Notes under the pieces: generated by a model
Database searches by the model: none
Seen by the model: the letters and a program-made list of their open reading frames with translations, nothing else
Told to the model about the DNA's origin: nothing
Part shown: one piece after another, positions 1-13,201 of the stretch
How the letters are laid out: every line of letters begins with the position of its first letter
How positions within the stretch are numbered: the first letter of the stretch is position 1
Position numbers and translations under genes: made by a program
DNA from: Takakia lepidozioides
Lineage: Eukaryota; Plantae; Bryophyta
Direction: 5' to 3'
Assembly (NCBI GenBank): GCA_030704615.1
Contig: CM060732.1
Coordinates: 22,134,001-22,198,000 of the forward strand
DNA length: 64,000 bases

Positions 1-1715
1 TCGCACTAGCTTATGAAGGAAGGGCTGTAATCTCTGCGTGAGAGCCTTAGCAATAATTTTATAGGTTGAATTGAGCAAGGTGATGGGTCTATAATTGGAA
101 ATAATATCTCTATCGCCCTTCTTGAAAATCAAGGTAATGACTCCTTGAGAAAGTTGGGAAGGCATAATGCCCTTATGAATGATGTCGTTTGCCATGAGGA
201 GAAAATCATCTCCCAAATTGCTCCAAAGGGCTTTGAAAAACTCCACGGGAAGTCCATCAAGGCCCGGCGATTTTAGAGAGGGCAGGGCTTCCATGGCATC
301 ACGCAATTCATCTACCGAGAATGGAGCTGATAGAGATAAGGATTCTTCTAGGGATAAAATTTTGGGAACACAGTCCAGGACTCTATGTCTCGAGTCCACA
401 GTGTCCATAGAAATTGTGGGGCGAGCAAAAAGATTGGAGAAATAGGATGCAACCACCGAAGCCATTGCCTTGGGGCTAGAGTGGGATGTGTACATACGAT
501 CTCCGAGAGAGCATATGGAAACAACCGACTGACGCTGTTTAGCCTTCTGAAAAAAATACTCCGACATTTTTTCACCCTTCAATGACCAGGACACCCCCGC
601 TTTCCTTTTCATGTTGAGCTCTTTTAAGGCGCGGAGCTCAACTAGTTCACGCCTGGCCTGGAATAGCAACTGGAAAGTGACAGGGCCCACCAGGTTAGAC
701 TCAACCAACCATTGACAGTGGGCAATTGTTTTCAGAAGGACTTTCTCCTTTCTAGCCCTATCTTCCGCCATCTGTCTAGACAAGTATTGAGCTCTGGATC
801 TGGTAGCAGCGAGCTTAGAAAGAAATATGATTGAAGGAGAGGCAAAAGAATTACCCGCCTCTTGCCATACCCTTCCTAGGTCCTGCACCATAGGAATGGA
901 TTTAAGAAGAGAAGGGTTTAGCTTGAAGAAACCTCTACCCCTGCGGTGGAGCCCAGGCACTTTTAACTGAACTGAGACCAGCGCATGATCGAAGTCAGGT
1001 AAGATAGGGGGAAGGGGGAGTGGAGAGATCCAAGAGGAGGCTGTGGGAGAAGAATAAAACCTGTCCAGCTTGGCCATGCCTAAATCAGGAGGGCGTCTAT
1101 TAATAGACCAAGTGAATCTAAGAGAAGAACGCACAAAACGGAAGGAATCGGAGAGGCCAACTGAAAAGCAAAGACGATCCCAGGCTGCTTGTTCTTCAGT
1201 AGATAAGGACTGAGAGGATGGCCCCAGCCTGTCAGAGAGACATTCTACCATATTAAAATCACCTCCTAGGATCCAGTTATCTACCTCCGGTGCTTTAGAA
1301 TTGATTCATGAATTGAGGCCCAGAAATCTATTCGCTCAGAAGTGGAGTTAGGAGCATATATGTTTATGAAAGCTGAAGCCCCAAAAACAGAGGAGCTAAC
1401 TGTGAAAGCACATTGAGCCCTACCTGGCATCCAAATGTCTATTTTTGAAAAGCAATTACCCAACGAAGGCGAGACAAGGATGGCAGTACCACCTCTAGAG
1501 TCTACTAAAGTCGGGTTCCACCATGCCAGGGTGGAGGGCCAGATTGACTGTCCTAAGGAAACAATTTTCCTTGCAGAAAGCTTATGCTCTTGCAGGAACA
1601 AAATGTTATTAAGAGGTAAAAGAGAGGAGGCCCAATTCCGGATTCTACTTCGTTTGGGCACAGACCCCTCGGAGCCGATTCCTCTAATGTTCCAAGAGTA
1701 TAGATTCCAACTCAT
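1..1715 (-). pseudogene. LINE ORF2 (APE endonuclease plus start of reverse transcriptase) with one frameshift at ~1285-1300
   Basis: First frame gives SWNIRG, LFLQEHK, NIYAPN. After a 1-nt shift the frame reads WILGGDFNMV, KLDRFY, DHALV, FFKLN, KSPGLDGLPVEFF, YRPITLLNSTYKIIAK and stays open to base 1 (hand translation). Confidence 0.93.
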
Positions 1716-3907
1716 GTAGGCTGAACTGCGAAGCCCGTGACTGATTCACGATTTGATGGCTGTAGGGGAGTAACCTCGAACGTCAGTCGGGGGTCGGTAG
1801 GAAGAAGAGAAGGCACCCATTTGTAACCCGATGGAGCCGAGACTTTCAAGGATCCCACAAACGAGATTGTAACACTGTTAGGGCACAAAGAAACGGAGAT
1901 GGAGCAAGGCCAGACAATTCTCTTAAGGACTGAGCTAGATAGCAGAGAATGCATGGAGACCTTCAGAAATTTTGATATAAAAAACAATCCTTCATGCGAG
2001 GTCGCACTATCCGAGCATCTCAAGGCTGGCAGGGAAACTGACCGAGTAACCGTATCAGCAACCAGAACGCAAGCAGAGGAGGGGGAATCTTTACAATAAA
2101 TGAAAAGGGGGATGAGCAAGAGGGGAGGGAATGAGCTCACCGCCGGGGGGGAAGGGATGGCCATATCCAGGGGCACCAAATAGAATGAAGAATTGTCCGA
2201 ATCGGGGATTGGGCCTATGGCCAAATCGTTGGATCCAACATTGTTATCCAAGTTGCGCGAATATTTCTGTGAGGAGCGCAGGGCCTCTACCAAGAGCTTC
2301 CCCGCTTCGTAAGTAGCAGATAAGTAGGGGCGGCTGGCCGCGCTTCCCAATTCGACTGGGACCGAACTACCAGAAATCCACTTTAGCGTTGAGTCGCCAG
2401 CCTGTAGGGAAGAAACGTCAGATAGCTTGATGACTGGCAAAACTTGAACGAAGAATAGATTGCTGTTAGAGGCAGATTGATGCACTCTGGAGCCAAAAAA
2501 CACAGCAGTTTCCGAAGACAACTGAAAAGTGGGAAGAGAAGATGAGAAAATCTCCCTTATTTTGGCAAGAATGAGCTCCAGCTCTTTTCCTTGAGAAAGG
2601 GTGAAAACGTCCTTCTTGGTGATCCAGGCAGAGGCGAACTTGTTGCCTCCCAAGAAGAGCACCGATGGGATCCCGTCCGGGAAGCCGTAGATAATGGGGG
2701 CTATAGTGATTGCCACCGAATGAGCCCCCGCCAGCTGAGAAGCATCAGGCAGATGCACATCTGCAAAAGACTTCAAATGAAGGCAATACGTTGCCAAGCT
2801 CTGAGTCCCGTCCTTGGGGTTGAGCGGAAAGATAGCCGGAATATCATCCGCTGCATAAGGAGTTCCCTGGGACGAAGAAGAGAGCAGGTAAACACGAGGG
2901 TTGATTGTAGCCGGAGAAGCCACGATATTAGGCCGCAATCTTTTGGACGGAGGAGGCAGAGGTGGCGTGACATCCAATCTTTTCCTGGAAGGCCCTGCCA
3001 TAGCATCCTGGGAAGCCAACTGTGCAACATCTGAGGGCTTGGGAGTCATCTGCCTACCATGAAGCTTGGGGCAATCCGCCTTGATGTGCCCCTCTGCGTT
3101 GCAATGAAAGCAAATCACCGGAATATAGACCTCTTTGACTGCCACTGTGACGAAGGAGTTGTCCAATGTCGGCAACTTGAGTGTGGGGATGATGGAGGCC
3201 TCCACTGGCATCATGACCACAATTTGGGGAGCTCCTCCTTCTCTCTGGGCATCAAAGGATAACACTTCATTGTCAATACTTTGAGCGTCAAGATGAATCT
3301 GATCAATAACATTCATTAAGCCAATATACACCCCAAAATGAGCTCCTATCTCAGATCTGAGGTAGTTTCCAGGGAGGTAAGGGAGTGCCAAGACTCTAGG
3401 TCTGCATGTGATACCACCTCTATGTCCCCAGTCAGCTGACCAAGGGAAGATGTGCACACGGCACTTGGAGAGGCAAACGTTGAAGGCAAGTGCAGGAGAG
3501 CTGAACATGAGCGAGTAGAAGTTTCTCCCCAACGCCATACAGAAATGATTAGTTAGACCCGCTTCAGGGCCAAAATGCTCCGTGGCCCAGTTCCTGGCGA
3601 ACAATCTGTTGCGGACCCTGCCAGGGAAGTATAAGAGGACACCTTGCTCAGCAAGCAGCTGGGAATGTTCCTTGATAATTTCCATGTTGAGTTGGAGAAT
3701 GGGTTGAGCCTCTTCCACAGGGGCCACTTCTTTGCTCCAACAAAAGGAAGAACTGATCGGGGAGGCTGGTCGCCTGGGGCCAGCTCCCAACACTCCAGGA
3801 CCATTGGAGGAGGGCCTTCTGCCAATAGAGTTGTTTCTAGCTCTAGGGTGCCTGCGAGCTTCCCCCTTGTGATTGTTGGCACCGAAAGCAGCAGGGACGT
3901 ACGCCAT
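1712..3907 (-). CDS. LINE ORF1 protein (~731 aa from the first ATG at 3907) with CCHC zinc knuckle and long C-terminal extension
   Basis: Uninterrupted ORF (the ORF track starts it at GTG 4066); CFHCNAEGHIKADC matches CX2CX4HX4C; its stop overlaps the ORF2 ATG (ATGA). Confidence 0.88.
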   Translation of the reverse strand: MAYVPAAFGANNHKGEARRHPRARNNSIGRRPSSNGPGVLGAGPRRPASPISSSFCWSKEVAPVEEAQPILQLNMEIIKEHSQLLAEQGVLLYFPGRVRNRLFARNWATEHFGPEAGLTNHFCMALGRNFYSLMFSSPALAFNVCLSKCRVHIFPWSADWGHRGGITCRPRVLALPYLPGNYLRSEIGAHFGVYIGLMNVIDQIHLDAQSIDNEVLSFDAQREGGAPQIVVMMPVEASIIPTLKLPTLDNSFVTVAVKEVYIPVICFHCNAEGHIKADCPKLHGRQMTPKPSDVAQLASQDAMAGPSRKRLDVTPPLPPPSKRLRPNIVASPATINPRVYLLSSSSQGTPYAADDIPAIFPLNPKDGTQSLATYCLHLKSFADVHLPDASQLAGAHSVAITIAPIIYGFPDGIPSVLFLGGNKFASAWITKKDVFTLSQGKELELILAKIREIFSSSLPTFQLSSETAVFFGSRVHQSASNSNLFFVQVLPVIKLSDVSSLQAGDSTLKWISGSSVPVELGSAASRPYLSATYEAGKLLVEALRSSQKYSRNLDNNVGSNDLAIGPIPDSDNSSFYLVPLDMAIPSPPAVSSFPPLLLIPLFIYCKDSPSSACVLVADTVTRSVSLPALRCSDSATSHEGLFFISKFLKVSMHSLLSSSVLKRIVWPCSISVSLCPNSVTISFVGSLKVSAPSGYKWVPSLLPTDPRLTFEVTPLQPSNRESVTGFAVQPT

Positions 3908-4487
3908 GGCAACGAGAGCGAAAGCTGGGGAGATTAACAGGGAAGCCTCGTCAGACTGGGGGATGCACTTGAAAATAAGAAGACCAAAAGAAGGGGACTT
4001 TAGCAAACGACGAAGTGAAACTGGAGCGCAGCAGATAGGAGAAGAGGAAGATGGGCGGGAAGCCACTATTAGGGCTTGGTGAGGAGCTGCGCGGGAGCCC
4101 GATTGGAATTAAGGTGGAGCGTGGGGAATGAAGAGCGCCGGGAAAAGGTGGGGCTTTCCCAGAGAAATAACATTGCTCACTGAGCTGTCAAGACATCAAG
4201 TCCGAGGAGCTGACCAGGGCTGATAAGAATTCATGTTGATGTAAGAAACTGAGGGAAGGAGAATCGGCGAGCATAGAGAAGAGATAGTTCCTAGTGAACG
4301 AACGAGAGAAGGGAGCTGTGAGGGGAGCTTGAAACAGCCAAGTCCAAGCCACAGAGACCGCAAGTTGCGGAGCTCCCCATCGCCGACTCGCCATTTTCAA
4401 GTCGGCCTTTTCATTCTTAATATGATTTAAAGGGCCTCCATCTTTTCTTATTTTTATTTTTTTTAAACGAGTTAGAAAGAACTGCAC

Positions 4488-4683
4488 TAGTGCAGCTGGT
4501 ACCAGACCCTGGCACATACCAGGCTGGTATGACTTTTAAAATTTTGTTTTGTACCATACCAGGCTGTCAAATTTACACATCATTTGATACCAGTACCATA
4601 CTAAGGTAGTTTGAATAATTCAACTAAACCCCAATACCTTTACCCTAGTGGTATCAAAAAACCATGATAGCAGTCCAACACTG
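4488..4683 (-). mobile_element. hAT-like DNA transposon terminus with ATACC/GGTAT subterminal repeats, directly upstream of the LINE
   Basis: Minus strand starts CAGTGTTGGACTGCTATCA at 4683; dense ATACC/GGTAT motifs; 8-nt flank GTGTCTAC fits the hAT nTnnnnAn target consensus; homologous to 53977 onward. No clear partner TIR in the window. Confidence 0.6.
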
Positions 4684-4893
4684 GTAGACACATCTAAAGA
4701 TGAGAAGCCATCTTCAGAGCCCGAGTTTCTCGGGCCCTCGTTTGGGACCTCAGAGTGCGTGGCTCTCTCTTTCTCTCTTCTTCTCTCAGTGTTGCAGCGC
4801 CTGTGAAGGCGGAGATGGGAAGAAGATCCTTGTGACCCTGTTTTAAGTTGTATTTTTAGTTTGTTTTTTCTCTTGTTGTTTCTCTTTGCGCCG

Positions 4894-7377
4894 ATGGAAG
4901 ATGAGGGCACAGGAGGGAGCAACCATCGTCTTCTCTTCTCTGCTGTCTTCGGAGATTCTGAGTCGGATTGCGATGAAGCCGAGGACAATGCTTATGAATA
5001 TCCAACTCGGGTACGTTCAAACAGATAGCTGAATCATTGCGTCTTGATTTGGGCTTAATCCCTTTCTGTGCGCTCATGGTATGCGTGTAAGAAACAAAGC
5101 CGGGGACGGAGGAGAGGCGCCTGTTTGAGCTCCAGATCTTCCTGGGAGGTGTGGTACATACTGAACGAGCGGTTAAGTTCTAAGACTTTTTCTAGAGGAC
5201 CAGACTGCCTATTCAACCAAAACTTTAGAACCTTCAGACATAACAAGGGTCAGTAAATGGATTGATCTTCAGCTTGGCCTGGTGATCATTGTGGCCGAGC
5301 TGTCAGTTCGCATGAGAAAAAAGTAGGTTTGCTAATCAAAGGGGGTCGAAGCAGATGGTGGGAGACGTAATTCAGCTATGGGAGAGTGTGGAGGAGGTGG
5401 AGGGACTATGGCGGTGCAGTCCGTTCCTTACTTCCCAGCAACAGCAGCTGCTGTTGAAGGCCATCGATTCGGGTACTTTTTATGGTCCCCAGTCGTTCAG
5501 CCACAGGAAAGGATGAGTCCTGGCGGGTCCTTTTACAATTTTGGGCTCCTTTGCAGGTTACAGCAGTCAATGGTTTGAAAATGGATGCTCGATGCTTTGC
5601 TGCAGGGGTCTACCTGCAGTTAACCTTTGGACTTCAGCACAGATGGCAATAACGAAAAAAGTGATGTAGACCAACCCAGAACTCCAGGCCATTGGTTTAC
5701 TAGTAAAAAATTTGCTGGATTTTTGGATGTGCAGAGGGATGGTTTTCTGAACCTCTGCACAATCAGGTGCGCAATCCTGATGTTTCTCTGCCCATGAACA
5801 ACTGGAGAGACAAAAAAAGAGAGAGCACGAGAGAGACACTTGAAATATCTTTGCCCCCAAGACTTAAATAGGGTGTAGAGACCATAACAAAAGATTTGTG
5901 ATGACTTTTGGTGTGGTTCTATGGCTTGTTCTTATCAGAGACACTCAATTATCCAAGTGTAGCTATGTCAACTGACCTAAATCGAATCCACCATCAAATA
6001 CCACACACTTGTCAAAGTATCTTGGAACTATTCTAGTCCCATGTAGACTGATAGTATGCTGTAATTTGTCAGAAGAACTGCACTGTCCATACTGTCCAGA
6101 AGATTTATCTAAGTCCCAAATGTATGATAAGAATTTGCAATCATCATACTAATCAGTTGTGATCAAATGCAGGCAATGAGGTTTGGTGAACTTCCCGACT
6201 GGGCCCTCGACCTCTCCTCCCTCATTCACACTGGTATTGTTAACTTCAAGCCACATTGCAATACTTCCTCCATGGGTGACAATTCAAAGAAAGGGGCGGA
6301 TGGTAGGAGCAGGCCTGACTGTCCGTTGCCGTATGAGCTCCTGAGGCGGAAGCCTTTGTTTGACCAGATGATTGTGAACTCTTATCAGCCTGGCGAGGTC
6401 ACATTCTGCAATTTTACACCCTGAATGCATGTGCGTCCCTTTGGTGACTGATGCAAGAAATGGTTTGGAGTGAGCCTGTGTGACCCTGATTGTGCAATTC
6501 TGCTATGCTATTTGTGGGTGGTTAACTCCTGTAGCACGTTTACCCTTCTTGTGATCTACAGGTTTCATGTAGGTCGGGATAAGTAAAGATGTGGATTGTG
6601 ACTTCGAGTGCAGGGAATTGCAGCTCACGTGGACCTACATCGATTTGAAGATGGCATTGCCATCATCTCTTTGGCCTCAGCATGTGTCATGTGCTTCACA
6701 AGCATTCCTGACTCAGGCGGATGTCTGCTATCCAGCAGGGGGAAGAAAGCTGACTCCACCAGTAATGAGGACCTGGACCTAAATCATGGTGATAGGACCT
6801 TGATCGATCAAAATCTGGTACAAGGTGAAGGCAAGCAAGACAACCAGTTTAACAGTCAGTCTCCTCTCCCTGCTGCCAGTAGCCGTCTCTATGAGCACAG
6901 AGGTCCAATCATGTATTAGGAACAATGTTGCAAAAAAAAAGATTATATAGTTGTGTACAGCCTAGCTACCCAGATAGCGTGGATCTGTTGTGTTGGGGAA
7001 GAAAAAGAGGGGGAAGTTGCACTCATATGTTTTTTCCAGTAATTTTGCTGTGAAGCCATGTGTAACAGTGATTTGTGTCAGAGAAGGCAATGATGTGTAC
7101 ATCATAGAGAACTGTTAAGATGGGCAGTGAATGATCTAACCATTTTTACAGGATGATGATGCTAGTCCCTCCATCACTGTGTTGGAATGCAGAAAAGGTG
7201 CCAGTGCTGCTTTTGCCTGGGGACTTGATCGTTATGTCGGGAAAGGCCCGCTACAAGTGGACGCATGAAATCAACCGGGAGGAAAAGCAGCAGATCTGGC
7301 AAGGGCATATGCTCAAGCAAGAGCGTCGCATCTCTGTGACGCTAAGACGCCTCTGCTCACAAGTCGAAGAACATTGA
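4894..7377 (+). CDS. AlkB-family 2OG-Fe(II) dioxygenase (At4g02485-like; named ALKBH7 or ALKBH8B in different schemes)
   Basis: Exons 4894-5010, 5355-5472, 5735-5766, 6173-6397, 6614-6902, 7193-7377 (GT-AG, in phase). Motifs QAMRFGELP, FDQMIVNSYQPGEGIAAHVD (HxD), RYKWTHEI (distal His), RRISVTLR. Confidence 0.92.
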
Positions 7378-7905
7378 CTAAGCAGCTATAGAAGTTGTCT
7401 GTCCTCCAACCACATAAGAAACCCAGGCTGGAAATTTTGTTGAAGTAGTTCTGTAGCTAATGCTAAGGATGATAAGCACACAAAGATGTACAGTCTTTTG
7501 TAGGCATATGCCATTTGTCAAATGACCATGGCCACTTCTGATTCATTGTTCTCCAGTTTTGTGAGTCCCTTAGCAACTGTATCTTTCCATGCTAGAACAG
7601 ATGTCACCATTCTGAGACTGGTTTGATTCTGTACATGTCATGTGGTCATTATATTGGTGTACACAGCTAGATGCCCTTGAGCTCTCCACAACTGTTTACT
7701 GAGAACTGTGCATAGCAAGGATTCCACAGCGGTTTAGTTCACATTTTGAAAACAGCACAGGATGATGAATGGTATTACTGAGTCGTATATGCTACTCACC
7801 AAAAAAGTCAAGAAGGTTATGTGAGTCCATCCCATGATCTCATAGCGTACTTCCCTACTGTGGATCTGTAACAAAAATGTGCATTCTGAGACATTTTTCG
7901 TCAAA

Positions 7906-10595
7906 CTACAGTGTCATTAATGATCTAATAGGGCTACTGGATGATGCCAAGTTCATCTCATCGTTGACCATGGCTACAATGCCTTCAATCCTGACATATC
8001 AAGCAACACGGTTAGTAAAATCGCACAGAAAGTTCATAGAAGGAAACCATCTGGCAGCCAAAAGTCACTTTGCAAGGCAGAGTTGGAGCCTAATTCCTTC
8101 TTCCAGCTGAGCATGCAATCGTGATATATGGAGAAAGTGCTGGGATTGGGAGAAAATACCGTTGCTTGTCAATGTTCACTTCTGATAGCAACGTGGTCAA
8201 ATATACCTGTTCACAGATTGCAAACGAAAGCCCCATTCAGTGCAATACTTATGAATGCCGTACAGAAATCACTCTTTGAGGCTACAATTTGCTGTGACAC
8301 ATGGGAAAGTTGATTCCAACCGTTATGGCGCACCTGCAGTGTTTCGCGCTGGACTTCACCCTTGGATCTCTTCCTTGAAATGTCCTCCACTTCGCTCCAA
8401 TCAAGCTCAAAGAACCCTGACTTTGCCAAAGGGTTTGGCCAACCAGTTGGGAGGCCAGTCCCACCTGCCCTCCCTTCTGCTACAACCTCAGTCGGTCTTG
8501 TCACAGGGTCATCTCCATTCGGTTGCTCCCCTCTTGAGTACATTGGGGCCTTTGGGAAAACAATTGAATGGAATTCTGAAGCTAGGAGCCACTGTACAAG
8601 TAACAACAAGCATTCCTTTAGGACTATAATCTGGCTCTTTCCCCCTCCCGATGGGGATGATACAAAGACCCCAAACATTCCCCTCACCGTAAAGTTTCTC
8701 CCTTTCCTGGACAGTTGACTCACTGGCATTGGTCCAACATACAAAACCTGGGGGTTGCATGCTCTTCACAGGCAAGTTCCAAGTTTTATTCTGAGTGGCT
8801 GTAGTTCATTAGATGCTCTTTTCAAGGTTTAGGCAGTGGGGTAAGGCAGACCAGCACATACCTTGACCTTAAGCTCAGCTTCAAACATGGCCACTACTTC
8901 ATCTGCCAGCAGCTCTGTCCATGTCTCCATATCCACACCATCATGTCAATTGGAAATAAAGAGCACCACATACACACACAGAAAAACACTTTACGACACT
9001 TTACAACATCCAAAGAGCTAATGTCCAAAGAATGCACAACAAACAAGTACTAGAAAACCAATGCCAAGAATGTACTGCCAAAAAACCGACCACCTCTGAA
9101 GGTGAGCTGCCAATACTAGAGTGAAAGAGAGACAGAGAAGTCTACTGAATTTCTACGTGGTAAACCAGTTAAGAAAAGAGGAAACTATGTGTCCCACAGC
9201 TCTGGAGCAGTGTTGAGGTAAGTTGAGCTCACCAAATGCATCAAGAGGAAGAGTTGCAAAGACAGGCACTCCAGCTCCATCCCCTGCATCACCCTGCACT
9301 GAGGGCTCATTGGAGAACTCAATCAAAGGTCCCTCACCAGAGCCTTTCATATACGTTCTCATTGACTTGGTTGCTTGCATCATTATACAGACAGCTTTAA
9401 CCTGCACCAAAAGTAGATGGCCAGGGATTTCAGAGAAGAAAGTAGGAGGTCCAACAGAGACTCCAGTTACTCAATTCCACTAATGACGTCACTTCAACTG
9501 CCATTACAAAAATAGAATATGATGGTAACCTGGACAATGATACATGCCCATGTAGTGTGGTCTGGTATTGTGTGATTCAGTATTTGTGCCCTTCCAAACC
9601 TTACTCTGTCTGCAATGTGGTTAGCGTGGGCAAGAATGGTCCACCAGATTAGAGCTTGCTTACCAAATCACCATAGCCGGAGAGAAGCTGCTCCAAATAC
9701 GCCTTCTACAAGAGATGCAAAATGGCAGAAAGAGCCAATGTTGTGAATCCTCACACAGCCACACACACTTACTGTCTTCAAAGATATATGGATGTGTTGG
9801 AAAAGAAACCAACTGAATACTGAAACAAATGGAGGAACACAGCTAGCACTGGCCCTCCCTGCGACCCCACATCCCTCTATCTTATTCTGCCTCCAGGTGA
9901 GTAGTCCATGGTCACAAGGCTGCAGCAATACTACATCTTTTCTCTCACAGCTGTGATCCCTTTCTCTATCTCACTCTGCCTTAGTGCAAGTGTATTTGCT
10001 CCGCCCAAACCGGGTCTAGGGCCACAAGGCTACAGCAAACATCGTCTTATGAGTACATTCTGTATCAGTGCCAGTAACAACCCAAGGGTCTGACAAAGAG
10101 AGGGCATTGAGCTGCGCACAATTTTGTGAGACTTGGCCCCATAATGACATAGGCAATGAGCACCTGCTGACGTCGCAGCTTGGCCTGTGCCTTATTGCAG
10201 ATGCCCTCCATGTCCTGCAGCACTCCCAGATCCATTGATCCCATGTACCTGCCAGAAATTAGTGACTCAGCTTTCTCCTTGACCCTTTCAGCATCTTCTT
10301 CTTACTCACTACTGTGTGTACAGTGCGCTAAAACCACCAAGGACAACAATTGTGTGCGCGATAACTGAAGAAACCCTAGCAGGTCACACATGATAAGCAT
10401 TGGGAGGTGGGAGAGAAAGAGAGGAGATTAAAAGAACCTGTGAGAGAGAAAAACGTTCACAAGTGACGAGGCGGCCGTAACGGCAGCTGCAGATGCCGCT
10501 GCCCAGGCAGCCCGCTGTGCATGCAGCGCTGCCCATGCATTCCGCACCTGGCGCTGTGCTGCAGGCCGCCACAGCCTTCCAACCCCTCCACTCAT
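7906..10595 (-). CDS. Conserved uncharacterised land-plant protein (8 exons)
   Basis: In-phase exons: MSGGVGRLWRPAAQRQVRNAW...; YMGSMDLGVLQDM...; KAYLEQLLSGYGDL; VKAV...KSMRTYMKG...GDGAGVPVF; ELLADEVVAMFEAELKVK; WLLASEF...RETLQ; VYLTTLLSEVNID; IEGIVAMVNDEM...stop at 7906. Matches a remembered unnamed plant family. Confidence 0.8.
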
Positions 10596-11074
10596 AATCT
10601 TCTCTGCCTATCACCCACGGGCACCAGATCCCTCACCAGTGCAGCTGCTCACCGCAATTCTACGAAGGGTCGTAACAAGCCATCCCCCACACCGCTCAAA
10701 TCACTTCCGGTTGTGTACTCACCACCACAGGCTCCCACTTTGTCACCATAGCAGCTACGCAACCGAATTCTTCAGACTTTTGCAACCCAGCAACAGAAAC
10801 TACTTGTACTTGCTCTCACCAGTACTCCTCCTTTGCAAAATTCCTCAGAAACCCATGCGCTCAAAGCAGCAGCAGCTCAGACCACAGAACGATGCTGCCC
10901 TCTAAGTACATAACTGCTCAGGGATCCCTCCAAGTTTTGGCGATGCTTGGTAACGTTCCAGGGATTCAAACAGGCGGGTTTGAACGTTTGAACTTCGAAC
11001 ACTGTGCGCCAGAAAACGGGGAACATGTTCATTCCAGACCTCCGTGGTAGGGTTGCGAGGAGGGCCTAAGCTGA

Positions 11075-12535
<1,461 letters not shown>

Positions 12536-13201
12536 AGTACGATTCAGTGGGGGGAGGGTGCAGACATCTCCGAGTCATTTTGACTCACCTCCGCAAGTAT
12601 TGTGTAGCCAGCGAGTGGCTGTGCACTATTTCCAAGCACTAGTAAAACGGTTTTGCTTACACAGCTTGTCTCAGCTATTGCTTACGGACCATCTGGTCCC
12701 TGGCCCTTACAAGTACTTTGGTGTGTTTCCTGTCCAGTTGTATCTCAATCTGGAATGGGGTGTTTGGCTGCTACTGTCTCATGATCAGACTTGATTGTCA
12801 TTGCCACAGGCATTCAACAGTGAATGTCACATTCGATGGCATTCCCATGTCTTGGACCTGCACTTTGTCTAACTCTCATGTAGTTGGAAAGAATGACCAA
12901 GGACATGGCTAAATGAGTGGTGTGTGAATGTTGATACAAATGCATGAAGATTTGGTGAAGCAGGCTACTGTGATCTTGCAGTTTAAATGTTGTTTGTGAG
13001 CTTCTCTATGTCCTGCGGGTTGGGGTTTTTGCTTACTGGTTGTTAGGTTTTTTGCTTCAAGAGCACAATGTAAAGCCAGTCCACAGAAGTGATTGAATGG
13101 AATTTTATTAAATTTACAGTGACCCTGTCAATCAATAAGCAGGTTCTTGAAGCCCTCATATAGGCATAAATAGGACAGTAATTGATAACCGATTACTTAT
13201 C

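Larger units (their letters stand above)
1..4480 (-). mobile_element. L1/Tx1-clade non-LTR retrotransposon (LINE): 5' leader, ORF1 and 5' part of ORF2; runs off the window start
   Basis: Zinc-knuckle ORF1 is followed directly by an APE-endonuclease/RT ORF2. The 5' boundary (~4480) is approximate. Confidence 0.93.

Noticed and set aside
1280-1310. Programmed -1 ribosomal frameshift in LINE ORF2
   Set aside because: No X XXY YYZ slippery heptamer, and the shift lies inside the endonuclease domain; a deletion or sequencing error is simpler.
4482-4505. Closing TIR that would make 4488-4683 a complete ~200-bp MITE (palindromes CTGCACTAGTGCAG and CTGGTACCAG)
   Set aside because: Only a gapped, partial match to the CAGTGTTGG end, and the 8-nt flanks (AACTGCAC versus GTAGACAC) are not a TSD. 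It remains a caveat for the composite-element finding.
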